Below, piece by piece: positions 18,544-26,976 of a stretch of 64,000 nt of DNA (positions are counted from its first letter, which is position 1; each line of letters starts with the position of its first letter). This DNA comes from an uncultured Sphingobacterium sp. (GTDB lineage: Bacteria > Bacteroidota > Bacteroidia > Sphingobacteriales > Sphingobacteriaceae), in assembly GCA_964616525.1 (NCBI GenBank), contig CAZTRY010000006.1, forward strand, positions 2,793 through 66,792, given 5' to 3'. The notes beneath the pieces were generated by a model. It was not told where the DNA came from. It searched no databases and saw only the letters and a program-made list of their open reading frames with translations. Both the position numbers and the translations under genes were made by a program.

Positions 18544-19785
18544 ATGTCCGGAGCAATACTCCGGATGAAAGAATCTTCAGAAATTCAAAGTGAATTAAAA
18601 TCAGGTCAGGCACGTGTTGCAGCCACCGGCTTTTTAAGTCTGTTTTCCCTGATTGGGATCATGTTTTACGGACTGACTTTCTTTTATGATTTCTGGGTTC
18701 AGGAGTTTGGATGGACACGCGCGACCGTAACCTCAGGTAACGCATTTGCTAAAATACTGGTTGGTTTGTTCGGCTTTGTAGTAGGTTACCTTATCGATCG
18801 TTTCGGACCGCGGAAAATGATGCTGACCGGTATTCTGATGGCCGGCGGTGCAGTTATTGGTTTGGGCTTGATGACTTCCCTCTGGCAGTTTTATGTATTC
18901 TATATATTCAGTGCTTTAGGTTATATGTGCGGCGGACCATTGCCAAACCAGGTCTTAACCTCACGTTGGTTTGATAAAGCCCGTGGTAAGGCGATGGGCT
19001 TTGCCTACCTGGGAATAGGAATCGGAGGGATGCTGGCTCCACAGATTGCAAAAGCTTTGAATGTGGAATTCGGATACCGACATGCTTTGGTCATACTGGG
19101 TGTGACAATGATAGTTTTATCATTTCCTATGGCCTGGTTTGTCAAAGATAATCCACCTCAAACCGGTAATTCTAATACGACTGATAAACCTGATGAACCA
19201 AAACGGGATATCAAGGATATTTTAAAAACAAGGGCCTTTTATTTATTGCTTATTGGTAGTATGTGCTCAATCGGGGCAGTAAGTGCAACCAGCCAGAATT
19301 TGAAACTGTTCTTCAGTCTGGATCTTAAATATTCACAAACTCAGGCTGCAAATGTGCTTTCTTTAATTCTTGCAGCAAGTATTTTCGGACGTTTATTTAT
19401 GGGCTGGCTGGCTGATAAAATTGAAAAAAAATATGTGATGTTACTGATCTACTGCCTTGTTGCTTCTGCTATTCCATTACTTTATTTTGCATCTACACCG
19501 GGGGTAATCTACGTTTTTGCGATAGTCTTCGGAATAGGGTTGGGAGGTGATTACATGATCATTCCATTAATGGCTGCCGAGTTATTTGGCGTTAAAGTGA
19601 TGGGGAGGGTTATGGGTATTGTCTTAACCGGTGATGGTCTTGCCGAAGCAATCATGCCCTGGATGGTGGGATGGATCAGGGATATCAGCGGAAGCTATGC
19701 TAATGGCTTCTCTGTTCTGATCGTTTTAGCAATTGTTGGTATCATTACCGTTATCCTAACACCTAAACGGATACCTGCGAATTAA
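18544..19785 (+). CDS. MFS transporter (OFA/MCT-like)
   Basis: About 12 hydrophobic segments; motif A GYLIDRFGPRK and GWLADKIEKK. Start could be ATG 18565. Confidence 0.9.
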   Translation: MSGAILRMKESSEIQSELKSGQARVAATGFLSLFSLIGIMFYGLTFFYDFWVQEFGWTRATVTSGNAFAKILVGLFGFVVGYLIDRFGPRKMMLTGILMAGGAVIGLGLMTSLWQFYVFYIFSALGYMCGGPLPNQVLTSRWFDKARGKAMGFAYLGIGIGGMLAPQIAKALNVEFGYRHALVILGVTMIVLSFPMAWFVKDNPPQTGNSNTTDKPDEPKRDIKDILKTRAFYLLLIGSMCSIGAVSATSQNLKLFFSLDLKYSQTQAANVLSLILAASIFGRLFMGWLADKIEKKYVMLLIYCLVASAIPLLYFASTPGVIYVFAIVFGIGLGGDYMIIPLMAAELFGVKVMGRVMGIVLTGDGLAEAIMPWMVGWIRDISGSYANGFSVLIVLAIVGIITVILTPKRIPAN

Positions 19786-19801
19786 TCAGACTTAGGAATT
19801 C

Positions 19802-20048
19802 AGACCCGATAGCTATCGGGTGACAGTCACGTTGGTCCGATAGCTATCGGATCTCCAACAAACTTCAGCGCCCCGATAGCTATCGGGTGACGAATTTATC
19901 ATGCATATCACCTAAGTAAATTCGTAAGTCGATAGCTGACGGGTCTTAACTTCGCAGACTTACGAAATCACCTGTGCGATTAGAAAGTCGATTTCGTCAC
20001 CCGATAGCTATCGGGCCACAGTCACGTTGATCTAATAGCTACTGGGTC
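19802..20048. repeat. Nested cluster of CCGATAGCTATCGG palindromes
   Basis: Perfect copies at 19805-19820, 19836-19851, 19872-19887 and 20000-20015; degenerate copies near 19930 and 20031. Confidence 0.9.
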
Positions 20049-21437
20049 TTATTTATCCGATTTCTGTACCCCAGCCTGTTCCGCCAGTCTTTTCACTTCC
20101 CGGATAATCACCTCTTCAATATCGGAAGCCCAGGGTGTCGTAAATATTGGAGATCGGCTTGCTTCATATCCTCCTTCTTTCCACACCTTATGAGTTGGAA
20201 TATAAGCCATTACATCATTACTGTACCCGAAAACGAATAAATTCTGTCCGTAAATTTTCTTCAGTTCATTGGCATAGCCTACCAGAACTTCACCGCCCAT
20301 GCTAACAAGGGCTTGTTCACCCAGCTTCCATACCTGCAAAGGGTAGGGATAGGATGTCATCAGTTTTTCCCCTTTTTCAAGTTTTGAGAGCAGTACTTTT
20401 GCACTGGCTTTCAAATAATCGGGTGTCTTGGAGGTATCACTCATAAGCCCCAGCAGTTCTTCTCTTGTGGGACTCGCCTTTTCAAACTTTAGGTCAATCT
20501 CTGAATAGGAGAGCATCAGTTCAGATGTAAGGGCATTCATTTTTTCTTTTAGAACCCGGTCGACAGATGCAGCCAGCGTTTCACCATATTGAACAGCGAG
20601 TGCCACAGTCCTTCTTGGCAGCGGATTCTGATCTGCCCCAGCTCCCTGAAAGAATAATGCTGTCACTCCGGGATATCTTTTTTCGAGCTCTTTCTGCGCA
20701 AAACCAGCATAATCCCCCGACCATTCATAGGTTCCCAGAACCGTATTATGACAGGCATAACCAAAAGCAATGGCCATAATCTTCCCTTTTGCATTGACTA
20801 CCTTAATAACCGGTACAGCAAAATCATTCGGCCCTTTTAATTCGGTTTGAATAGCCAGATTGTTTTCATTGTTATTTCTTCTGTTTACCTGGAAGCGGCT
20901 GACCCCATTTTCGGAGTAGAGTGTTGCGGGCTGCAGGTTTTTAATAGCCTCGCCGACTAAATTAACCAGCTGGTCTTCCAGCTTTTTCGCATAGCGGTCA
21001 ATCTTGTCCAATTCATTTTTATCCAGTGTGAAGATATGTGGTGCAGATTGAGTCTCCGGTCCGGTATGAGTGTGTGAAGCGTTGATAAGAACCTGAGACC
21101 TTGTTAATCCGAATTGTTTTTCAATTCTGTCTCTCACAGGTTCAGAGATTACTTTTCGGATTGCTACCAGATCCAGAGAGATCATGACCGCCCGTTTTCC
21201 TCCTGCATCTTCAAGAATCAATGCTTTTGCCCACAAGTCTGTCAGTTTGCCTTCCGAAGGCTTATTCCGGAAAGCATATCCTGCCATCCACATATGCTCT
21301 TCAGGGGTAATATTAACTCTTGCCACGCCGGCTTTCCATGCTGTACTATTTTGATTTGACTTATCTGAAGCATTTGAAGGAGAATCAAACAGGATAATGA
21401 TTAAAAGAAAAATGGAGAATGAGATTAGTTTTTTCAT
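20049..21437 (-). CDS. Neutral/alkaline ceramidase N-terminal domain protein (exported amidohydrolase-like)
   Basis: Signal peptide; AGVARVNITP, MAGY, LWAKAL, ASHTHTGP, VNRR, YACHNT, QGAGADQNP, EGGYE. Confidence 0.8.
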   Translation of the reverse strand: MKKLISFSIFLLIIILFDSPSNASDKSNQNSTAWKAGVARVNITPEEHMWMAGYAFRNKPSEGKLTDLWAKALILEDAGGKRAVMISLDLVAIRKVISEPVRDRIEKQFGLTRSQVLINASHTHTGPETQSAPHIFTLDKNELDKIDRYAKKLEDQLVNLVGEAIKNLQPATLYSENGVSRFQVNRRNNNENNLAIQTELKGPNDFAVPVIKVVNAKGKIMAIAFGYACHNTVLGTYEWSGDYAGFAQKELEKRYPGVTALFFQGAGADQNPLPRRTVALAVQYGETLAASVDRVLKEKMNALTSELMLSYSEIDLKFEKASPTREELLGLMSDTSKTPDYLKASAKVLLSKLEKGEKLMTSYPYPLQVWKLGEQALVSMGGEVLVGYANELKKIYGQNLFVFGYSNDVMAYIPTHKVWKEGGYEASRSPIFTTPWASDIEEVIIREVKRLAEQAGVQKSDK

Positions 21438-21564
21438 TTTTGAATATTATTTACAGCTGATTAAATATAAGATTTTTGCTACTTGATTAGCTTGATTGTA
21501 ATGATTCATAGTAATCAAATAAATCATCTGAATCATAGTCAGACAAAATTTGAAATTGAAACAG

Positions 21565-21630
21565 CGACTTGCGAATTTGACTTGCAAATAGCCTAGGTAA
21601 ATTCGCAACCCGATAGCTATCGGGTCTTAA
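21565..21630. repeat. Further copy of the CCGATAGCTATCGG repeat unit
   Basis: ttgcgaattt...aaattcgcaa hairpin plus acccgatagctatcgggtcttaa; aligns by eye with 19889-19949. Confidence 0.8.
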
Positions 21631-21640
21631 TCCCACACCA

Positions 21641-21700
21641 AATTCTATAAACATTTCAAAAAATTATATAAAATATATCAAAATTTTATCCCAATCTTTG
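21641..21700 (+). promoter_or_regulatory. Candidate AraC-type direct-repeat operator plus -7 box for the cus-like operon
   Basis: aattctataa (21641) and aattatataa (21662) are 21 bp apart; aatctttg starts at 21693. Same geometry at 30068-30127. Confidence 0.6.
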
Positions 21701-21711
21701 TATGCAATTAA

Positions 21712-22107
21712 ATGAAAAAGCTTTTAATCACCCTTTTAGCTGTATTCTACCTGAGTGTTTCATCCGGGGCGACCGTGCATTTTCATTATTGTATGGGAGA
21801 GCTGATTGAGTGGGGACTTACAAGCGACAATTCTGAGAAATCAAGCGATTGCAGCAATTGCGGCATGAAAAAGGGTATCTCTGAGGACTGTTGCAAAGAT
21901 CAGAAGCAGGAATATAAGCTAAAGGATTCTCAAAAAGCTCCGTTAAGTATTTTTCAGCCTCTTGTTTTTGCTTTAGCACCAGTCGCATATCCTGACTTTA
22001 CCCAAATCTTATCGGGCTCTCCCCTGGATTTGATCCCTGTGAGTAATGCTCCTCCGGGTCCACTGAAAATAGCTGTTTTCATTCGAAACTGTAATTTCCG
22101 TATCTGA
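21712..22107 (+). CDS. HYC_CC_PP family protein (Cys/His-rich, metal-operon leader gene)
   Basis: N-terminal hydrophobic segment, HFHYCMG, CSNCG, DCCKD, C-terminal NAPP...RNCNFRI. Confidence 0.8.
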   Translation: MKKLLITLLAVFYLSVSSGATVHFHYCMGELIEWGLTSDNSEKSSDCSNCGMKKGISEDCCKDQKQEYKLKDSQKAPLSIFQPLVFALAPVAYPDFTQILSGSPLDLIPVSNAPPGPLKIAVFIRNCNFRI

Positions 22108-22244
22108 TTTTAATCTTTTCTTTGTCTGATTTCCTTTCGGACTGATTTCGTGTGCTTATTATTCTGATAGACTCATCGGAATATAATTCATGCGATGAAT
22201 TATCATACCTATTCATTTAATTATTAACAATAAAAATTATCGTC

Positions 22245-22508
22245 ATGAGAAAATTAATTAACTCAATCGCAATTGTCGTTCTTTTGTTCAGTGCTGCATG
22301 CAATAGCTCAGAAAAACCTGCAGAAGCAAAAACAGATTCATTATCCAGCCAAACAGCAGGAGCAGGATATACCTGTCCGATGCACCCTGAGATAAAAAGC
22401 GACAAAGCTGGGACCTGTTCAATCTGCAAAATGGATCTTGTGAAAGATTCAGATCTTGAGTCAGACACTATGATGACCGACAGCAGCAGTCACGATCATA
22501 AGCACTAA
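22245..22508 (+). CDS. Heavy-metal-binding domain lipoprotein
   Basis: Lipobox SAAC; YTCPMHPEI...GTCSICKMDLV; His-rich tail HDHKH. Confidence 0.85.
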   Translation: MRKLINSIAIVVLLFSAACNSSEKPAEAKTDSLSSQTAGAGYTCPMHPEIKSDKAGTCSICKMDLVKDSDLESDTMMTDSSSHDHKH

Positions 22509-22513
22509 GCGCA

Positions 22514-23818
22514 ATGGTTGAAAAGATTATCTCCTTTTCTTTAAGGAACCGATTCATTGTTCTCCTTTTTGCTACCGGATTTTTTGGCTGGGGACTTTAT
22601 TCGGTTAAAACCAGTAAGATTGATGCCATACCGGATCTTTCAGAGAATCAGGTCATTGTTTTCACTGAGTGGATGGGGCGTAGTCCGCAGATCATTGAAG
22701 ATCAGATCACTTATCCTATGGTTACCAATCTTCAGGGATTGCCCAAAGTGAATTATGTGAGGGCAAATTCCATGTTCGGAATGAGTTTTATCTATATCAT
22801 TTTTGAAGATGATGTAGATGTATACTGGGCACGCTCAAGGGTATTGGAGCGGCTTAATTCAATTGGCAATATTTTACCGGAGGGGGTTAGTCCGAATCTT
22901 GGTCCCGATGGTACCGGAGTAGGTCATGTACTTTGGTATACCCTGGATGCTCCGGGTATGGACCTTGGAGAGCAAAGGGCGATTCAGGACTGGTATATCA
23001 AATTTGCCCTTCAGAATGTTGCAGGGGTGAGTGAGATTGCCTCCTTCGGTGGTTTCCAGAAGCAGTATCAGATCAGTATTGATCCAAATCGTCTGAGTTA
23101 TTATAAACTAGGCATTCAGGATGTAATGCAGGCGGTTAAGAGTAATAATAATGAAGCTGGTGGCAGGAAGTTTGAGATGAGTGACATTGGTTATATCATT
23201 AAAACCACTGGCTATCTTAAGTCAATTGAAGAGATTGAAAATCTTGCGGTACGTACCCAAAATTCTATTCCTGTAAAGATCAGGGATATCGGTACCGTTC
23301 AAATGGCAGGTGAAAGCCGGCTAGGCATATTCGATTATAATGGTGAGGGTGAAGCGGTTGGGGGAATTGTTGTATTACGTTATGGTGAGAATGCCGATGA
23401 AGTAATCCGCAAAGTGAAGACTAAGATGACTGAGGTAGCTAAGGGTTTGCCGCGGGGGATGAAGTTCAATATTGTTTACGACCGGGGAAAATTAATCGAA
23501 GAATCTATATCCTCCATTAAGACTACGCTTATTGAAGAGATGATTGTAGTGTCACTTATCGTGATTATTTTTCTATTTCACTGGAGAAGTGCCATCAGTA
23601 TCATCATTCAGATTCCAATCACCATAGCTGCCAGTTTCATTCTACTGAATGCTTTTGATATTTCATCGAATATCATGTCATTAACCGGAATTGCACTTGC
23701 GATAGGAGTGATTGTAGATAACGGAATCATCATGGCAGAGAACTCATACAAAAATCTTGCAGTTAGGCAGGCTGAATTAAACAGACAAAGAACAGGAGGA
23801 AATGAAGATGTGGAATAA
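22514..23818 (+). CDS. cusA: CusA/CzcA heavy-metal RND permease, N-terminal part (TM1-TM4)
   Basis: DAIPDLSENQVIV, LGPDGTGVG, YDR, NIMSLTGIALAIGVIVDNGIIMAEN; stops just after TM4. Confidence 0.85.
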   Translation: MVEKIISFSLRNRFIVLLFATGFFGWGLYSVKTSKIDAIPDLSENQVIVFTEWMGRSPQIIEDQITYPMVTNLQGLPKVNYVRANSMFGMSFIYIIFEDDVDVYWARSRVLERLNSIGNILPEGVSPNLGPDGTGVGHVLWYTLDAPGMDLGEQRAIQDWYIKFALQNVAGVSEIASFGGFQKQYQISIDPNRLSYYKLGIQDVMQAVKSNNNEAGGRKFEMSDIGYIIKTTGYLKSIEEIENLAVRTQNSIPVKIRDIGTVQMAGESRLGIFDYNGEGEAVGGIVVLRYGENADEVIRKVKTKMTEVAKGLPRGMKFNIVYDRGKLIEESISSIKTTLIEEMIVVSLIVIIFLFHWRSAISIIIQIPITIAASFILLNAFDISSNIMSLTGIALAIGVIVDNGIIMAENSYKNLAVRQAELNRQRTGGNEDVE

Positions 23819-25742
23819 AGATAAATCAAAGAAGAATGATGAATATGTTAAGCTTTCTAATGGAGAAAGACTCAGTATCATCGAAAAGGCTTGTCAGCAG
23901 GTATCCAGAGGTGTATTTTATTCAACTATCATCATTATCACCTCTTTTCTGCCTGTATTTTTACTTACCGGTCAGGAGGGAAAATTATTTCATCCCCTGG
24001 CCTATACCAAAACCTTTATCCTGATAATCGATGCGGTATTGGTTCTTACGCTGGCTCCCGTCATTATTTCATTTTTCATGAAAGGACGATTCCGTCAGGA
24101 GCATGAGAACCCTATCAACAGGGGTTTGGAGAAGGTTTACCTTCCGGTGATCCGGGCCTGTATCAGAAACAGAAAAACTACACTGGGAGTAAATATTCTG
24201 GCATTGCTGATCTCTGTTCCGATGTTGATGAGCCTGGGGCGGGAATTTATGCCACCTCTTGATGAACAATCGATTTTGTTTATGCCGGTGACATTACCCG
24301 ATGTCTCCAACTCAGAGATCAAGCGAATTCTGCAGGTTCAGGATAAGATCATCAAGTCTGTGCCGGAGGTTGGCCATGTTTTGGGCAAGGCAGGTCGTGC
24401 TAGTTCAGCAACTGATAATTCACCCATCAGCATGATAGAAACCATTATTTCGCTTAAACCCAAAAGCGAGTGGAGGCCGGGAATCAGCAAGAAGGACATT
24501 ATTGATGAGCTCGATGCCAAACTTCAGATACCGGGTGTGGTGAACGGTTGGACACAGCCCATAATTAATCGTATCAATATGCTTTCAACCGGTATACGAA
24601 CAGATGTTGGTGTCAAGGTTTATGGGCAGGATCTTAAACAGATCAGCCATATTTCTGAGGATGTTCATACACTTCTAAAGAATATTGAAGGCGTGAAAGA
24701 TCTGTACGTTGAGCCGGTTAGCGGTGGAAAATATCTCGAAATAGAAATCAGACGCGATCAATTGGAGCGTTACGGATTAACTGTGGATGATATTAATGCC
24801 ACGGTTGAATCGGCAATCGGAGGTGCACCTTTTGCCTCAACGGTTGAAGGGAGGCAACGTTTTAATATTCATTTGCGTCTGGGTCAGGAGTACAGGAACA
24901 GCATCGACCGTTTGAAAAGAATACCACTGACTTCTCCCGATGCCGGAACTATCCCATTATCAGCCGTTACGACTATCCGGTTTGCAGATGGACCACCGAT
25001 GATTAGTTCTGAAAATGCAATTCTGAGGGGTGCGGTGATGTTCAATGTGCGTGAGCGCGATCTGGGGCATACAGTTCAGGAGGCGATTGATAAGTTAAAT
25101 AAGGACCTAAAACTGCCAAATGGATATTTTGTTGAATGGAGCGGTCAATATGAAAATCTGATCCGTGGACAGCAAACCTTGTTGTATATTCTGCCGGTAG
25201 TAATCTTTATCATTTTTCTGGCCCTTTATCTGGCATTTAAATCGATCAGAGAGGCATTTTTAAGTCTGGTGACCATTCCTTTCGCTCTTATCGGAGGTGC
25301 CTTCCTGGTTTATTTCTGGGGAGTGAACCTCTCAGTTGCAGTAGCTGTTGGTTTTATTGCCCTCTTCGGGATTGCTGTTGAAACGGGTGTTGTGATGGTG
25401 ATCTACCTGAACGATGCAATGCGTCAGCTGGTTAGTTTGAAGGGTAATTCCAGTGAAACGATTACAAATGAGGATTTGAGGGAATATGTGATCAATGGAG
25501 CTGCCAAACGTTTACGGCCAAAGATCATGACGGTTTGTGTGGCATTATTCGGGCTGATCCCGGTTTTATGGTCCGCTGGGGTTGGAAGTGATGTGATGCA
25601 GCCAATTGTTCTACCGATGATTGGGGGAGTACTAACTTCATCAACCCATATTTTGCTGGTTACACCGCTGATCTTTCTGATGACTAAAGAATATGAATTG
25701 AAAAAATTTGGAAAACTGGAGGTACATGATGTTCAGCATTAA
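23802..25742 (+). CDS. cusA: CusA/CzcA heavy-metal RND permease, C-terminal part (TM5-TM12)
   Basis: SFLPVF...GQEGKLFHPLA, EFMPPLDE, WSGQYE, AVETGVVM, RLRPKIMT; overlaps the previous ORF by 17 nt in another frame. Confidence 0.85.
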   Translation: MKMWNKDKSKKNDEYVKLSNGERLSIIEKACQQVSRGVFYSTIIIITSFLPVFLLTGQEGKLFHPLAYTKTFILIIDAVLVLTLAPVIISFFMKGRFRQEHENPINRGLEKVYLPVIRACIRNRKTTLGVNILALLISVPMLMSLGREFMPPLDEQSILFMPVTLPDVSNSEIKRILQVQDKIIKSVPEVGHVLGKAGRASSATDNSPISMIETIISLKPKSEWRPGISKKDIIDELDAKLQIPGVVNGWTQPIINRINMLSTGIRTDVGVKVYGQDLKQISHISEDVHTLLKNIEGVKDLYVEPVSGGKYLEIEIRRDQLERYGLTVDDINATVESAIGGAPFASTVEGRQRFNIHLRLGQEYRNSIDRLKRIPLTSPDAGTIPLSAVTTIRFADGPPMISSENAILRGAVMFNVRERDLGHTVQEAIDKLNKDLKLPNGYFVEWSGQYENLIRGQQTLLYILPVVIFIIFLALYLAFKSIREAFLSLVTIPFALIGGAFLVYFWGVNLSVAVAVGFIALFGIAVETGVVMVIYLNDAMRQLVSLKGNSSETITNEDLREYVINGAAKRLRPKIMTVCVALFGLIPVLWSAGVGSDVMQPIVLPMIGGVLTSSTHILLVTPLIFLMTKEYELKKFGKLEVHDVQH

Positions 25743-26976
25743 GAAAATAATTTTATTGTGTTTATTCCTGGGTTCCTTGACTGGCTACGGACAGGAGAGA
25801 ATGAATCTGGAACAAATATTAGGAGAGATAAATGCAAATAATCCCTCTTTGAAGTCCTATTCGAGTAGGATACAAAGCAAAGATTCCAAAGTAGAGGGGG
25901 CTGGCTCATGGATGGCACCCATGGTGGGAGCCGGAACTTTTATGAGTCCTTATCCTGCACAGGGGATGATTGCAGCTGGGGACCGTGGGGCATTTATGAT
26001 CTCTGCCGAACAGGATATTCCGAATCCCGCAAAAATCAGAGCGAAAAAGGAATACCTTAAAACTCAATCGCTGACCTATGAATTGGGCAGAAATGAGCGT
26101 TTTAACCAGTTACGTGCCAGTGCAAAGTATTTGTACTTCGGACTTATAGTTGCTCAAAAGCGTATCGCCTTCCAGAAAGAGAATCAGCAGATTATGCAAA
26201 CGATGAAAAAGCTGGCAGAGATACGTTATCCTTTTAATCAGGGTGGTTTGAATCAGGTTTTTAAAGCTGAGGGAAGGGTTTATGAGTCAGAGAATATGAT
26301 CTTGATGACAGAGGCAGAGATTCGATCGAAAAAGATTGCTTTGAATGCACTGATGAACAGGCCAGCAAACACTGAGTTTGAAATTGAAACCGGGTATAAA
26401 GCTAATTTTAGTCCTAAAGCAGATCTCGACACTGCTTACCTGGCCGGTACCCGGAGCGATATTTTGCACATGGAACATGATATCCATGCGATGGAAAAGA
26501 ATATTGATTTGATGCGGAGGGAGTCAAAGCCTGATTTTAAGATCCGATTTGATCATATGTCAAATTATTCTGCAATGATGCCACGGCAATTTACGGTAAT
26601 GGGTATGCTTTCCATTCCGATTGCTCCCTGGTCCTCAAAAATGTATAAATCGGAGATAAAATCCATGAATTTTGAGAAGGAGGCGATGAGGCAGGAGAAG
26701 GCGGCTATGCTTACTGAGATTTTGGGGATGAGTAAATCCATGGAAAATGACCTGCTTAATATGCAGCAGCAGTTAAGTAATTATGAAACCAGAATTTTGC
26801 CATCATTAGAGAAATACCTCAAGGTTTCGATGTTATCGTATCAGGAAAACAAAACTGACCTGAATACGGTCATCGATGGCTGGGAGTCGATAAATATGTC
26901 GCAGATGAATTATCTGGATCAGTTACAGAAATATTATCAAATGATTGTGGAATATGAGAAGACTATTGAACGTTAG
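25726..26976 (+). CDS. TolC-family outer membrane efflux protein (CusC-like)
   Basis: Signal peptide from ATG 25726 (preferred over TTG 25708); NNPSL, EQDIPNP.K, SIPIAPW; Met-rich; operon position. Confidence 0.82.
   Translation: MMFSIKKIILLCLFLGSLTGYGQERMNLEQILGEINANNPSLKSYSSRIQSKDSKVEGAGSWMAPMVGAGTFMSPYPAQGMIAAGDRGAFMISAEQDIPNPAKIRAKKEYLKTQSLTYELGRNERFNQLRASAKYLYFGLIVAQKRIAFQKENQQIMQTMKKLAEIRYPFNQGGLNQVFKAEGRVYESENMILMTEAEIRSKKIALNALMNRPANTEFEIETGYKANFSPKADLDTAYLAGTRSDILHMEHDIHAMEKNIDLMRRESKPDFKIRFDHMSNYSAMMPRQFTVMGMLSIPIAPWSSKMYKSEIKSMNFEKEAMRQEKAAMLTEILGMSKSMENDLLNMQQQLSNYETRILPSLEKYLKVSMLSYQENKTDLNTVIDGWESINMSQMNYLDQLQKYYQMIVEYEKTIER

Noticed and set aside
19802-20048. CRISPR array
   Set aside because: Repeats are 14-16 bp perfect palindromes with irregular, partly repeated spacers, and there are no cas genes.
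22514-25742. cusA pseudogene or programmed frameshift
   Set aside because: Both parts keep functional residues, ORF2 has its own start signals and I saw no clear slippery heptamer. Not fully excluded without reads, so it is kept as a finding.
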